A program made the position numbers and the translations under genes. A DNA stretch of 64,000 nucleotides, from positions 32,001 through 96,000 of IMG/VR virus record IMGVR_UViG_3300012663_001306. The stretch is one strand, 5' to 3'. Source of the DNA: a virus. The notes under the pieces are model-generated. The model saw nothing but the letters and a program-made list of their open reading frames with translations. It had not been told where the DNA came from and ran no database searches. The stretch's first letter is position 1, and each line of letters starts with the position of its first letter. This document shows, piece by piece, positions 8,980-20,400 of the stretch.

Positions 8980-11961
8980 TTATCCATATGATGCGTACTG
9001 ACCCAATACGACCCAGGTAGACGAATCTCGAACTAATGAATAACTTATCATATCCACTCGATTGGCGGTTCCCGTTGGGACTGCCCCTTGATTCCATTTA
9101 ACAGTTTGGCTGGCACCATTAACTTGTATTGCAGTTGATGATAGTGTGGGCATATAAGGTGTAGCACCCTGATTGATATACAATACTACAACATTAGCAA
9201 GCCCGTTGGTTGTTGGCACATTGGTAAAGTTTGGAGTAAAGTTGCCGGCAGGACTACTAATGTAAAATACCTGAGCCGCGCTAAAATCATAAGTTACTGT
9301 TCCTGTTGCTCCAGACGATGGGGTAAAACTATCTGAAGTAGTGCTGGTATATCCCATACAACCGGTGTAACCAATGCCCGTGCTACCTGTGTATGCTTGA
9401 CTACCCGTGTAACCAAATGATCCACTATAACCAAAGCTACCAGTATAACTTTGACTACCTGTATACCCTAAATCACCTGTTCTTGTGAAATCTATAGCAA
9501 GAGCTTGACCATTGGTAATTGCGGTACTACCCGAAATGTAGGTTATGCCAAGTATCCAGTAGGTCGCGCCACCGCCTGCTCCTGTTACAGATGTTATTGC
9601 AAATACTGTAGTACCTACATTAATAGAATCTACGTTCTTAACTGTTAGGTATCCTCTATTTGTGGGGTTAGTACTATTGGCCCAGGTAGAAATAAATGCA
9701 GACATAGAAGTAGCATACGAATCATTAACGTTGATGTAGGCCACAGTGGCTAAACTTAGATTAGTATTACCAAATCTTAAACTACCATTTGTTCCTGCGC
9801 CGGCTGTAATTGTGTTATCATAGTAATATCTTAATCCGCCGCGATCGCCAACACTTCCACTATAACCAAAACTACCAACAAATCCAACACTACCGCTGTA
9901 GCCTAAATCACCTGTTCTGAAAAAATTAAGAGAAAGCTGTTCACCTGCGGCGCCAAATACTCCTGATAGATATGTTACCCCTAGGGTATAATACGTGGTA
10001 TTGTTAACTACATTAGTAACAGTAAACAATATAGATGTGGTACTTTGTTGTCCGGTTCCTTTAACTAATAAGGCACCTTTATTTGTGGGATTTGTACTAG
10101 TTCCCCATGTGCTAATATAACCGCTGGTTACGATGCTGTTAACATCGTTAACATTTATAAAAAGTTGAGTAATGCTAGAAGCCGTTCCGCTGTTGCCTCT
10201 TAGACTTCCTGGATTAGTCACACCTGCAATAGTTGTTGTGCTATCGTAATAATATCTTATACCGCCACGATCGCCATTACTACCATTATAGCCAAAGCTA
10301 CCAGAATATCCAAAGCTACCTGTGTAACCAAATGATCCCACAAATCCTTTTTCACCTGTATGGATAAATTCTATTGCCAACGGTTCGTTACTTGGTAACG
10401 CTGTTACACCGGAACCAGCTACATACGCCACTACTACTGTATAATACGTTGTGTTGTTGGTTACACTGGTAACATTATATAACAAAGAACCTGCGGTAAC
10501 ATGCGATACCGGTTTTATGTATAACTGTCCTTTAATTGTAGCGGTTGGATTAGCACTACCCCACGTAGCAAAGTAAGAGGCAAAACTTACACCGTTACTA
10601 TCATTAACATTAATGAATATATTTGTAACAGCAGTCATATTAGATGTGTTATATCTTATACTACCGTTGCTAGAAACACCAGCAGCAAACTGAGTTATAT
10701 CGTTATAGAATCTTAATCCACCCCGGTCACCGGTGCTTCCTGTGTAACCAAAGCTACCAGTGAATCCTATTATACCTTGACTACCTGAAAATCCTCGTTC
10801 ACCAGTTCTATAGAACTCAACTGAAATTGCTTCGTTTGGAGGAGGTTGTGCTCCTGAAACATAAGTTACTGTCAAGGTGTAATAAGTGGTATTGTCCACT
10901 ATTGAATTTACTTGCCATATAGATTCTTGTGTAAGAAATGAGCTAACACATTTTACAAGCAGATAACCTTTTATAGGACTGGTGCTGTCATCCCAGGTTG
11001 CAATAAATGATTGTATATTTGTACCATTAGAGGTAATTTCATTAATCCAAATTGTATTAGCTACCGAAAAAGTAGGACTACTAAATCTCATACTACCGTT
11101 TGAACTAATACCAGCACTGGTGAATCCCGAATCGTAGTAATATCGTAACCCCCCTCTGTCACCTGCACTACCAGTATAACTTTGCGATCCTGTAAAACCA
11201 AAGCTACCCGTGTAACCAAAACTACCACTATATCCTCTCTCGCCAGTGAATACAAATTCTATGGCCAACGGCTCGTTTGCTGATGGAAAAGTTCCACTTA
11301 CATAGGTTACTGTTGCTGTATAGTAAGTAGTAACGTTTGTGACCGCGGTAATATTCCATAATGATGCAGCCGCAACTGATGGAGAAGTTGATTTAACATA
11401 TAACTGCCCCTTAATAATATTGTTGGGATTATTAGTTCCCCATTGGGCAATAAATGCAGAAAAACTAACACTATTAATATCAAGAACGTTTACAAATATT
11501 GACGTAACAGAGCCAATTGTGGCATTGTTAAATCTTAAACTACCTGGAGTAGTTACGCCTGCGGTTATTGTAGTATCGTAGTAGTAGCGCAAGCCACCTC
11601 GATCGCCTGTACTACCGGTGTAACCAACGCTACCAACAAATCCTGTTGCACCCCTACTACCAACCCAACCTACAGAACCTGTAAAACCTATACTACCAGT
11701 AAAACCAATTGCGGCAAATGCCCCCATACTACCGGTATAGCCCCCACTTCCAGTAAAAGCCTGGCTACCTACAAATCCTTGACTACCTACAAAAGATCGA
11801 GAGCCTGTATAACCTAACGCGGCAACTTGACCACTACTGCCTGTATAGCCAGTAATAAAATTGCCGTTGACAATCCAGGCACGACCATTCCACTGCCAGG
11901 TTCTAGTTCCTGATGTGTATAGTTGTCCTGTTAAAGGTGATAGTGGAAAATTAACTGGCAT
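8980..11961 (-). CDS. Fibre protein with five ~120-aa DRGGLRYY repeat modules joined by collagen-like GxxGS linkers
   Basis: 993-aa ORF; N-terminal FPxSPxxGQxY..WxWxGxxW motif; C-terminal phage fibre-type beta domain. Confidence 0.8.
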   Translation of the reverse strand: MPVNFPLSPLTGQLYTSGTRTWQWNGRAWIVNGNFITGYTGSSGQVAALGYTGSRSFVGSQGFVGSQAFTGSGGYTGSMGAFAAIGFTGSIGFTGSVGWVGSRGATGFVGSVGYTGSTGDRGGLRYYYDTTITAGVTTPGSLRFNNATIGSVTSIFVNVLDINSVSFSAFIAQWGTNNPNNIIKGQLYVKSTSPSVAAASLWNITAVTNVTTYYTATVTYVSGTFPSANEPLAIEFVFTGERGYSGSFGYTGSFGFTGSQSYTGSAGDRGGLRYYYDSGFTSAGISSNGSMRFSSPTFSVANTIWINEITSNGTNIQSFIATWDDSTSPIKGYLLVKCVSSFLTQESIWQVNSIVDNTTYYTLTVTYVSGAQPPPNEAISVEFYRTGERGFSGSQGIIGFTGSFGYTGSTGDRGGLRFYNDITQFAAGVSSNGSIRYNTSNMTAVTNIFINVNDSNGVSFASYFATWGSANPTATIKGQLYIKPVSHVTAGSLLYNVTSVTNNTTYYTVVVAYVAGSGVTALPSNEPLAIEFIHTGEKGFVGSFGYTGSFGYSGSFGYNGSNGDRGGIRYYYDSTTTIAGVTNPGSLRGNSGTASSITQLFINVNDVNSIVTSGYISTWGTSTNPTNKGALLVKGTGQQSTTSILFTVTNVVNNTTYYTLGVTYLSGVFGAAGEQLSLNFFRTGDLGYSGSVGFVGSFGYSGSVGDRGGLRYYYDNTITAGAGTNGSLRFGNTNLSLATVAYINVNDSYATSMSAFISTWANSTNPTNRGYLTVKNVDSINVGTTVFAITSVTGAGGGATYWILGITYISGSTAITNGQALAIDFTRTGDLGYTGSQSYTGSFGYSGSFGYTGSQAYTGSTGIGYTGCMGYTSTTSDSFTPSSGATGTVTYDFSAAQVFYISSPAGNFTPNFTNVPTTNGLANVVVLYINQGATPYMPTLSSTAIQVNGASQTVKWNQGAVPTGTANRVDMISYSLVRDSSTWVVLGQYASYG

Positions 11962-12020
11962 GTTGTCTTAATAAATTCATTGTTACTTATTTACTCATTA
12001 TAACGACGGGGTGTTTTTGA

Positions 12021-15000
12021 TCAATTGGATAACTTAAACTGGGCAATTTTACTGTTATATCCATCTACAACATAAAAATCATTTCCGCCAGGTCTTAAAT
12101 ATCCGCTACTTACCATACTTGTTACATTATCTCCTAGTCTGCGTAAATCGTAGCTAACGCCGGTGTAGGCGGCAGATGTATGATCCCACGCTATACTCAA
12201 TAGATATACATAAATTCTATCAGTAGTTCCGTCTGTTATATACATGTATAACCCTTCGTTAGAGAAAGTAATGCCTGTAGGATTAGTTGCCTGCGGTAGA
12301 TTTATATACGGTGCCCATACATTAACGCCACTAATAGAACTAATAGAATACGGAGTAGGCATTGTTGCTCTGCCTAGATATCCTAGATTATTTGCGGTAG
12401 ATGTTACATATATGTAAGTTCCGTTATTTCCAAAACACATTCCATCTAGGCTAGCCGTATTAGGAACGTAATCGGCACTAACATTAACTCCTGTACCCAT
12501 TGACGAAATATTCCAGGCTGTGGTAAGAGGAAATTGTTGAACTGTTTTTGATGCACCCTGATTTCCTAGGAAATATACCGCAGTCCCAGTTGGATTGAAC
12601 ATTAACCCAGTGTGCAGTGAAGTTGTCCAATCTATTCTAGATCCTGTGGGCGCAATAGCTGTGGCTATATTCCAAGCGGTAGTTACAGGAAAGGAATATA
12701 CTGAACTGAATACTCGCTGGGTTATCATTGAAATATAAACAATGGTCCCGTCTGGTTTCCAGGCAACCCCTGTAATTCTAGGATTTGCGCTAGGATTTAA
12801 GTAATATGGAGAAAAATAAGTAAAACTAGTATTACTTTGATCAGTGGTTAATGTTGATGGAAATGCCCGGCCGGCTCCCCATATAATTCTAACTGCTCCT
12901 TGTGGCTTAATGGAGCTGGCTGTGACAGGAAATCCTGCACCATAAAGTACACCAGCTCCGCCCGACCCAGCACCTCCGGACGCACCCACTCCGGGGTTAC
13001 CATATACACCCGGCAGTCCATTTGCACCTTGGCCGAATATACCAACGCCACCTCCGTTCCAGCCGACGTAACCAACACCGCCAGCACCTCCGCCACCACC
13101 ACCACCGCCACTTCCTGTGCCCGGCGTGCCACGATCAGTACCACCTAAGCCACCATTGCCATTATAGCCTCCAGCACCTCCGTTTCCGCCACCGCCAGCT
13201 GAGGGGGCTCCAGAAGATATTCCACCGCGGCCGCCGTTGCCGCCACCGTCACCTGTATAACTTCCGCCATTTCCAATTGTACCGCTAAGGAATAACCCAG
13301 ACCCGCCGCCACCTTTAACTATATCACGACTAATAAAATAGCTATCACCATCGCCAATACCTACAAAACCAATACTTCCTCTACCAACAACTACTGTATA
13401 CGATTGTCCCGGAATTACAGGAATATTGTTTTTCCATCCTAATCCGCCGCCGCCGGCACCTGTAGGCGCTGATGGACTAGAATCTTGGATACCACCTGCA
13501 CCAACTGCTACCACATGCACATTGCCAACACCAGCTGGTGCTGTCCACAAATACGTACCAGTGGTAGTAAATGCTACCTGCCCTTGTATACCACCACCGG
13601 ATATAGGAGTCCAAGTAGTGTACAATGACATACTTGAAATATCTCTTTTGCCCAAACTAACACTAGTATCAACTAATGTCATTACGGGACTGGATGTAAC
13701 TGTTCTATCTGTGGATATGGAATAACTTAATGCAGAGAAAAATGGTTGATCAACAGTTAGTGTCGCAGGATATGCTCGTCCTGGACCCCACATAATACGC
13801 ACAGCTCCGCCAAAACCTACGTTATTAGCGTCACCTCGGGTATATCCTCCACTGTTCCCTGACCCGGTACTACCGCCTCCACCACCACCATATGAGCCAC
13901 CCATACCCCCTACGTTGCCTCCGGTAAGATTAGCTGTGCCATTGCCACCTGCATTTCCACCACTGCCACCACCACCACCGCCTCCTGCACTTGCGTATGA
14001 AGATACTCCAACTCCTCCGTTTCCATTTGCACCTTGGCCAAATATACCAACGCCGCCGCCGGCGCCCCCGGATGGTTGTCCATTTCCATTACCATATACC
14101 TGGTTAGTCGTACCTCCGCCACCTCCACCTCCTCCTGCGCCAAGGCCTCCAGGACCAAAATCGGCTGCACCACCATTCCCACCTGCGCCTGCATATCCAC
14201 CAGCGCCACCACCGCCACCACCTGCACCAGTTTGGCCAGCGCCCCCCAAAAATGTAGTAGCTGATACATTAAAGGCACCACCTGCACCACCATAACCGCC
14301 ACCTTGGCTAACAAATACACCACTAATAAAATAACCACCGCCAGCACCTCCGAGGACGCCGCTAGTATTCACTCCTGCGCTACCACCGTTTGCTCTAATA
14401 ACATTAGTTTCCATAAAATAACTGTTGCCGCCAGCGGTTGCAGTGGGGCCAGCTGTGCCGCCCGCGCCCACTACAACTGTATATGACTGGCCGGGCACAA
14501 CAGCGATGTTGTTTGCCCAAGCTAATGCTCCACCACCACCGCCTCCACCGTCTCGAAATCCACCACCACCTGCGCCAACACATACTGCACTTACAGAGGT
14601 AACTCCAGCTGGGGCAACCCAAATATACGTACCGGGTGTGGTGTATGCTTGTTGACCAGTAACAGTGGTAGGAAGAGAAAACGATGTCCCTGTGTACATT
14701 GCTTTTCCGTTGACAATACGTAACTGAGTTATAACTCCAGTAAAATACCCAACAAAATCTGCGCCTATTCCTATTATTAAATTTTTTGTAGCTCCGTTGT
14801 AGTAATAAAGAATATCATTACCTATATTATATACAGAATTTCTTGTGCCCGAAATAATATCAGCGACACCATTAACATACAGTCGCAAATCTCCGCCATT
14901 TCTTACTACAGCAACATGAGTATATACGTTAAGTGAAATAGGAGTTGTGCCAATTACACTTATAGTAGATATACCACTCGCCGCGTTCGTGTAAAAGAAC

Positions 15001-17498
15001 CTTAATACATTGGCAGTTGTAATTTCAAGTCCGAACTCGCCGCCGGCGTTCCAATTTTGTACAATTCCCCTAAGTGTGCCACTAGTGCTGGGATTAATCC
15101 ATGCCTCGATGGTAAAATCTTGATCAGTAAATGGAATTTGAACTGTACTAGACAGGTACCCAGCACCGCCAAATTGTACAGCAAATAAAGAGCCTAAACT
15201 AAACGCAGTCACTCCTGATCCAGCAATCGTTAACGTTTGTCCACTGCTTTCTGAGGTTGCTGATGCAGAACTACATGCTAAAAATACATATGCTGGAGAA
15301 TATGCTGAAATTCCCGTTGCTACGTTAACTATAAAATTTTCAGGACCCTCAGTTAGTAAATCCTCGGCGCTAGTTATTGAAAAACTACCTACACCACTAA
15401 CCATGGTAAAACTTCCAACCATTTGAGTAAAATCAGTTGAAGTAACTGGACTAACTCCCACTGTAGTATCGATAGCCCAGTACAATTTTTTTCCAGTTGG
15501 AAAATTCTCTGTGTTTACAGTGAATGTTACACTGTCGGCTTCGTTCATAACCGTTTTACTGGCAATCAACGGATATACAATTGGAGTCCTACTAGAATCA
15601 AAAACAGTAATCGACGGGGAGGCTGCTACTGGATTTAATCTCGTTATATCGGTATATAGTATTACTGTAAATATTACATTGCCCTGTGTAAAACTGTCTA
15701 ATCCAAATACATTAAGTGTTGCGGTATTAAATGATGCAGTATTAGAGTTAATTGTTATACTACCTGTAGTTGTTCCAGTTATTGGGCCAACTTGAGGGAT
15801 CAATGCATAATACAAAACAGTACCATCTGCAACGTTAGTAGTGGTCACAGTAACATCCACGGTAGAACCTTCAGGAATTGCAGTAGAAGCGGGCGATATT
15901 GAATAAGTAGGATTAGTATCTGAACCTACATCATAGTCTGAAAACAATCGAGTATCTCCGGGCCACACTATTCTTACGGCTCCTGGCCCGCCAATAGCAC
16001 CGAAATAACTGCTACCACCCCCGCCTCCACCAAATTTTATATCCGATGAGGCTAAGACTGCACCAACCGCGGAACCTGCGGGCAATAATTGATATGCACG
16101 GTTTGGTGCAACTGACGGGAACGCTTCTACAAGGGCACTTGCAGTACAAATGCCTGAAAATCCAGCGCCGTTCCTAGCATTCACACCAATTTGTATGTCT
16201 ATTCTAGATGGCTGGTTTTCATAAAACCACGCTTCCCAAACCATGTTGGGAGATCCCAGCGTACCCGAAGTCCCTGCCGTACCTTCATAACGTACTCTAT
16301 ACACTCTATTAGGTGTGGTCCCACTCTGAACTCCAGCATACACTCGTTGATAAGAATTGTCAGCGGAGTCAATCATTATTTTAGGAATACCGGGAGCCGC
16401 TGCGTTCAGTGGTTGAAATTGTCCAGATCCCGAGCCAAAGGTTAGATAACTATTTGATCCTACAAATACAGAGGTATATGACAAACCAGCATAAAGTACA
16501 CTCCACGGTAAATTAATTTGGACAAAAGTATCATCAGCTGACGCATTTACAACCAGCGTTAAACTAGTAACAGCAGGAAGATTAAGAGCTATGCTAGTTA
16601 TCTGAGTGGTGGCAACAAACTCGGCAAACGGAATACTTCCAGAATAGCCATCGAATGTTGCGGCAAGGGCGGTGCTGGCGGCACCATCGACACCTCGTCC
16701 GAAAAGGCCTACCCCACCACCTTTAGAGGCGCTTTGATTTATTAACACAACTGTAGGATAGTTTGGGCCGCCCCCTCCACCACCGGAGGCAACTCCAGCG
16801 GCTGAACCAGCGCCACCTGAAGGATTTGATGCAGTCCCAATCGCACTTGCATTAATAGATCCATTACCACCAGGACCATTATATCCACCAGCACCACCTC
16901 CTCCTGCGCCAGACATTATGTAATTAGTTGTCCCAGGATGTATGGCATTTGCGCCACCGGCACCACCGGCACCACCGCCAATTCCTACAATTATTTGTCC
17001 ACCACTTCCTGTAGAAACTGAGCTTGGCGGGCCAGGAGTATATCCTGTAATACTATTGGCTAATCCACCTTTTCCGCCTCGGCCTCCACCGGCACTAACA
17101 ATAACCTCAGTTGAAGTAGTTCGATATATATACGAATCTCCTCCGTTGCCGCCATTATTGGGATTATTAACGGGCCATGTTGAAGAATTACTTATAGCAC
17201 CGCTTGTTCCGCCGGCGCCGACTACCACTGTAAGTGATTCTCCTGGATATACAGGAATATTATTGTTATAGGCAAGGGCGCCACCCCCACCTCCACCTCC
17301 ACCGATCACCCCAGTCGAAACATTGATGTATACGGCGGCGCTGCCGCCACCGCCACCACCGCCAACGGCAACTACAGAAATAGAATTCACTCCAGCAGGC
17401 ACCGTAAAAGTGGTAGTAAATGGTGTACTAAAACTTGTGGTGTATTGAACACTACCCCTTGCTTTTTTATTATATCTTGGTATTAAAAACCCGCTCAT
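12021..17498 (-). CDS. Large adhesin/fibre protein: three glycine-rich domains, LamG/concanavalin-like domain, C-terminal beta-propeller-like repeats
   Basis: 1825 aa; DFTIEAWINP..HVAVVRNG..LYVNG (LamG); repeated PAGVxSxSxVxVGxGG..GAVRIxW; C-terminal repeats ending in TAWN/IAWD. Confidence 0.8.
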   Translation of the reverse strand: MSGFLIPRYNKKARGSVQYTTSFSTPFTTTFTVPAGVNSISVVAVGGGGGGGSAAVYINVSTGVIGGGGGGGGALAYNNNIPVYPGESLTVVVGAGGTSGAISNSSTWPVNNPNNGGNGGDSYIYRTTSTEVIVSAGGGRGGKGGLANSITGYTPGPPSSVSTGSGGQIIVGIGGGAGGAGGANAIHPGTTNYIMSGAGGGGAGGYNGPGGNGSINASAIGTASNPSGGAGSAAGVASGGGGGGPNYPTVVLINQSASKGGGVGLFGRGVDGAASTALAATFDGYSGSIPFAEFVATTQITSIALNLPAVTSLTLVVNASADDTFVQINLPWSVLYAGLSYTSVFVGSNSYLTFGSGSGQFQPLNAAAPGIPKIMIDSADNSYQRVYAGVQSGTTPNRVYRVRYEGTAGTSGTLGSPNMVWEAWFYENQPSRIDIQIGVNARNGAGFSGICTASALVEAFPSVAPNRAYQLLPAGSAVGAVLASSDIKFGGGGGGSSYFGAIGGPGAVRIVWPGDTRLFSDYDVGSDTNPTYSISPASTAIPEGSTVDVTVTTTNVADGTVLYYALIPQVGPITGTTTGSITINSNTASFNTATLNVFGLDSFTQGNVIFTVILYTDITRLNPVAASPSITVFDSSRTPIVYPLIASKTVMNEADSVTFTVNTENFPTGKKLYWAIDTTVGVSPVTSTDFTQMVGSFTMVSGVGSFSITSAEDLLTEGPENFIVNVATGISAYSPAYVFLACSSASATSESSGQTLTIAGSGVTAFSLGSLFAVQFGGAGYLSSTVQIPFTDQDFTIEAWINPSTSGTLRGIVQNWNAGGEFGLEITTANVLRFFYTNAASGISTISVIGTTPISLNVYTHVAVVRNGGDLRLYVNGVADIISGTRNSVYNIGNDILYYYNGATKNLIIGIGADFVGYFTGVITQLRIVNGKAMYTGTSFSLPTTVTGQQAYTTPGTYIWVAPAGVTSVSAVCVGAGGGGFRDGGGGGGGALAWANNIAVVPGQSYTVVVGAGGTAGPTATAGGNSYFMETNVIRANGGSAGVNTSGVLGGAGGGYFISGVFVSQGGGYGGAGGAFNVSATTFLGGAGQTGAGGGGGGAGGYAGAGGNGGAADFGPGGLGAGGGGGGGGTTNQVYGNGNGQPSGGAGGGVGIFGQGANGNGGVGVSSYASAGGGGGGGSGGNAGGNGTANLTGGNVGGMGGSYGGGGGGSTGSGNSGGYTRGDANNVGFGGAVRIMWGPGRAYPATLTVDQPFFSALSYSISTDRTVTSSPVMTLVDTSVSLGKRDISSMSLYTTWTPISGGGIQGQVAFTTTGTYLWTAPAGVGNVHVVAVGAGGIQDSSPSAPTGAGGGGLGWKNNIPVIPGQSYTVVVGRGSIGFVGIGDGDSYFISRDIVKGGGGSGLFLSGTIGNGGSYTGDGGGNGGRGGISSGAPSAGGGGNGGAGGYNGNGGLGGTDRGTPGTGSGGGGGGGGAGGVGYVGWNGGGVGIFGQGANGLPGVYGNPGVGASGGAGSGGAGVLYGAGFPVTASSIKPQGAVRIIWGAGRAFPSTLTTDQSNTSFTYFSPYYLNPSANPRITGVAWKPDGTIVYISMITQRVFSSVYSFPVTTAWNIATAIAPTGSRIDWTTSLHTGLMFNPTGTAVYFLGNQGASKTVQQFPLTTAWNISSMGTGVNVSADYVPNTASLDGMCFGNNGTYIYVTSTANNLGYLGRATMPTPYSISSISGVNVWAPYINLPQATNPTGITFSNEGLYMYITDGTTDRIYVYLLSIAWDHTSAAYTGVSYDLRRLGDNVTSMVSSGYLRPGGNDFYVVDGYNSKIAQFKLSN

Positions 17499-20400
17499 AT
17501 TCTTTGATAGTATATAGTAACTTTTAGACCTTTGGCTATTGTACCGCCTGCGGTAATATCTAAAGTTATTTCGTCGTCATCGTTTAATACAGTAGTTATC
17601 AAGGAAGTTGGGACTGCAGAAGTTCTAGAAGTTCTAGAACCGGTATCAACTTGTAATTTATTACCACCCAATATACTGGCGCCATTTGATTTAACATCAA
17701 CTATTGTCGGACTACTTCCTTGAACACTTAAAGATGCCCTCGGAATTTGATATAAATTCATTTGGAACGGTACTCTAAATGTAACTATTGCGGCACCAGT
17801 AGCTATAAATGATACTTCATCAGTTAACGCTATCGACATAAAATCAGTTGAGTTTCTGCCTATGCTACCTGTAAAACCTACTGCAACTGCGGCACCCGAA
17901 CTACCTGTAAAGCCCAATGAAACTGCGGCGCTTGCACTACCTGTATAACCTATAGCACCAATATAGCCGCCGCCGGCTGCTACTTCAACCCACTGGAATG
18001 TATCACCGTCATATGTGTAAATGAATTCTAATCCAACTGTAGTATCAAACCAACGATCGCCAATTCTAGTTGTAACGCTACCTGCACTACCAACGAATGA
18101 TGTAGGAGGATTGTCATCGTATACAAAACTACTCTCACCCCTTGATCCAGCGTATCCAAACGATCCAGTAAATCCAAAACTACCAGAATATCCAAAACTA
18201 CCTACAAATCCTCTATCACCAGTTCTTATAAAGGTGATTGCCAACATATCGTTGTTGGTAAACATTGCACCAGATAGATATGTAACTGTAAATTGGTAGT
18301 TATTTGAACCAATAGTAAGAGCGGTAACATTGAATATTGTAACGTTGGCTACATTATTCAAATTATTCCTAATAATTAATTGGCCTTTTATAGGTGTTGT
18401 ACTATCGGCCCAGGTTGATATGTAACCTCCTAAATTAACACTGTTAATATCTAAGATGTTGAAATAAACTCCAGTAACAGATGCTATTGTAGTAACATTA
18501 TTAAATCTTACATTACCGTTACCAGTTGTTTGAGGAGTTGTTGCGGTATTATCAAAGTAATATTTAATACCGCCCTTGTCTCCTTGACTACCGTTGTAGC
18601 CAAAGCTACCAGTGAATCCAAAGCTACCAGTGAATCCTGAACTTCCTGTATATCCTCTTTCGCCGGATCTGACTAAGAACACTCCTAATAATTCAGTATT
18701 AGCAATACCAAAATAGAACTGAGGAGTAATTGTTAATGCAAAGGAGTTTGTACCCGATGCCGCAACCGCTGTAACATCAGCTAGATACAAATTAGGTGAA
18801 TTTGTAGCAACATTAGACCTAACGACCAACTGTGCCTTAATAGGATTAACAATTGTAGTAAACGAATTAAACCATGCTTGTAAATCTGCACCATTGGTAT
18901 CATATCTATTGATAAACACAGTGGTAGCACTCATAGGAGTGGCATTGTTTAATCTTAAAGTTCCGTTAGGGTTACCGCTGACCTGTGCAATTAATGCACT
19001 AGTATCCCATGTGTATATTAATCCACTTTGTGAGTTACTACCAGTATAACCAAAGCTACCAGTATAACCAAACGATCCAACAAAACCTCTACTGCCGCCG
19101 TAACCTAAGTCACCTGCTCTAACATAATTTAATGCTAGCTGGTCATTGTTTCCCGGAATTGTGCCACTACCATTGGCAATATTAATTGTGTAATAAGATG
19201 TGTTATTAACAACACTAGATACGTTGTAGATTAAGAACGGACTGGATCCTGCTAGATTCTGGTTGAATATTAACTGTCCCTTAACAGTAGGATTACTACT
19301 ATCTGCCCATTGGCTAATATATGTTGCTAGGTTAACTGAATTTACATCAGTGACATTAATAAAAGCCTGCGTAGCAGAAGCGGCAACTGCATTGTTTAAT
19401 CGAATACTACCGGCATTGCCCACACCCGCTGTTAACGTATTATCAAAATAGTATCGTAATCCTGCAGATTCTCCCTGACTACCAGTAAAACTCTGAGAGC
19501 CTGTAAAACCAAATGATCCAACAAATCCTCTACTGCCCACATATCCAAAGTCACCAACTGGTACATACTCTAGTGCAAATACATCTCCGCCAAGTACACC
19601 CGCAAGTGTTCCAGAGAAACTGCTTACATTTAATGTATAGTAAGTGCCGTTGTTTACAATGGTGCTAATACCCCAAATACTAAGATAAGTTATAGTTGGA
19701 ATAATATTTTTAATGTACAGCTGGCCTTTGGTACCTGGGTTTTTACTATCAGCCCAACGTGCTATATAACCAGATAGATCGTTTCCGCCTATGTCTTTAA
19801 CATTAATATATATCTGTGTAAATGCAGGATTAAATCTTAAACTACCGTCAGTAGTTACGCCCGGAGACTGAGAACTATCATCGTAGTAGAATGCAAGGCC
19901 AAGTCTCTCACCCTGACTGCCGGTGTAACCAAATGATCCTGCATATCCCTCGCTACCAATATATCCGCGGCTACCGTTGTAACCGAATGACCCAGTGTAA
20001 CCAAAACTACCTGTGTAACCAAATGATCCTGCATATCCTTCACTACCAGTAAACCCTCGACTACCAGTGTACCCAAATGATCCAGTGTAACCAAAACTAC
20101 CAGTGTAACCAAATGATCCAGTATAACCAAATGAGCCACTATAACCAAAGCTACCAGTGTAACCAAAGCTACCAGTGTAACCAAATGATCCTGCATATCC
20201 TTCACTACCAGTAAATCCTCGACTACCAGTGTACCCAAATGAGCCAGTGTAACCAAATGAGCCAGTGTAACCAAATGATCCTACAAATCCTTTTTCACCA
20301 GTGTAGACAAATTCTACAGCCAACGGTTCATTGGCTGTTGAGAATGATCCGCTTACATATGTTGCCGACAAGGTATAATATGTAGAATTATTTGTAACTC

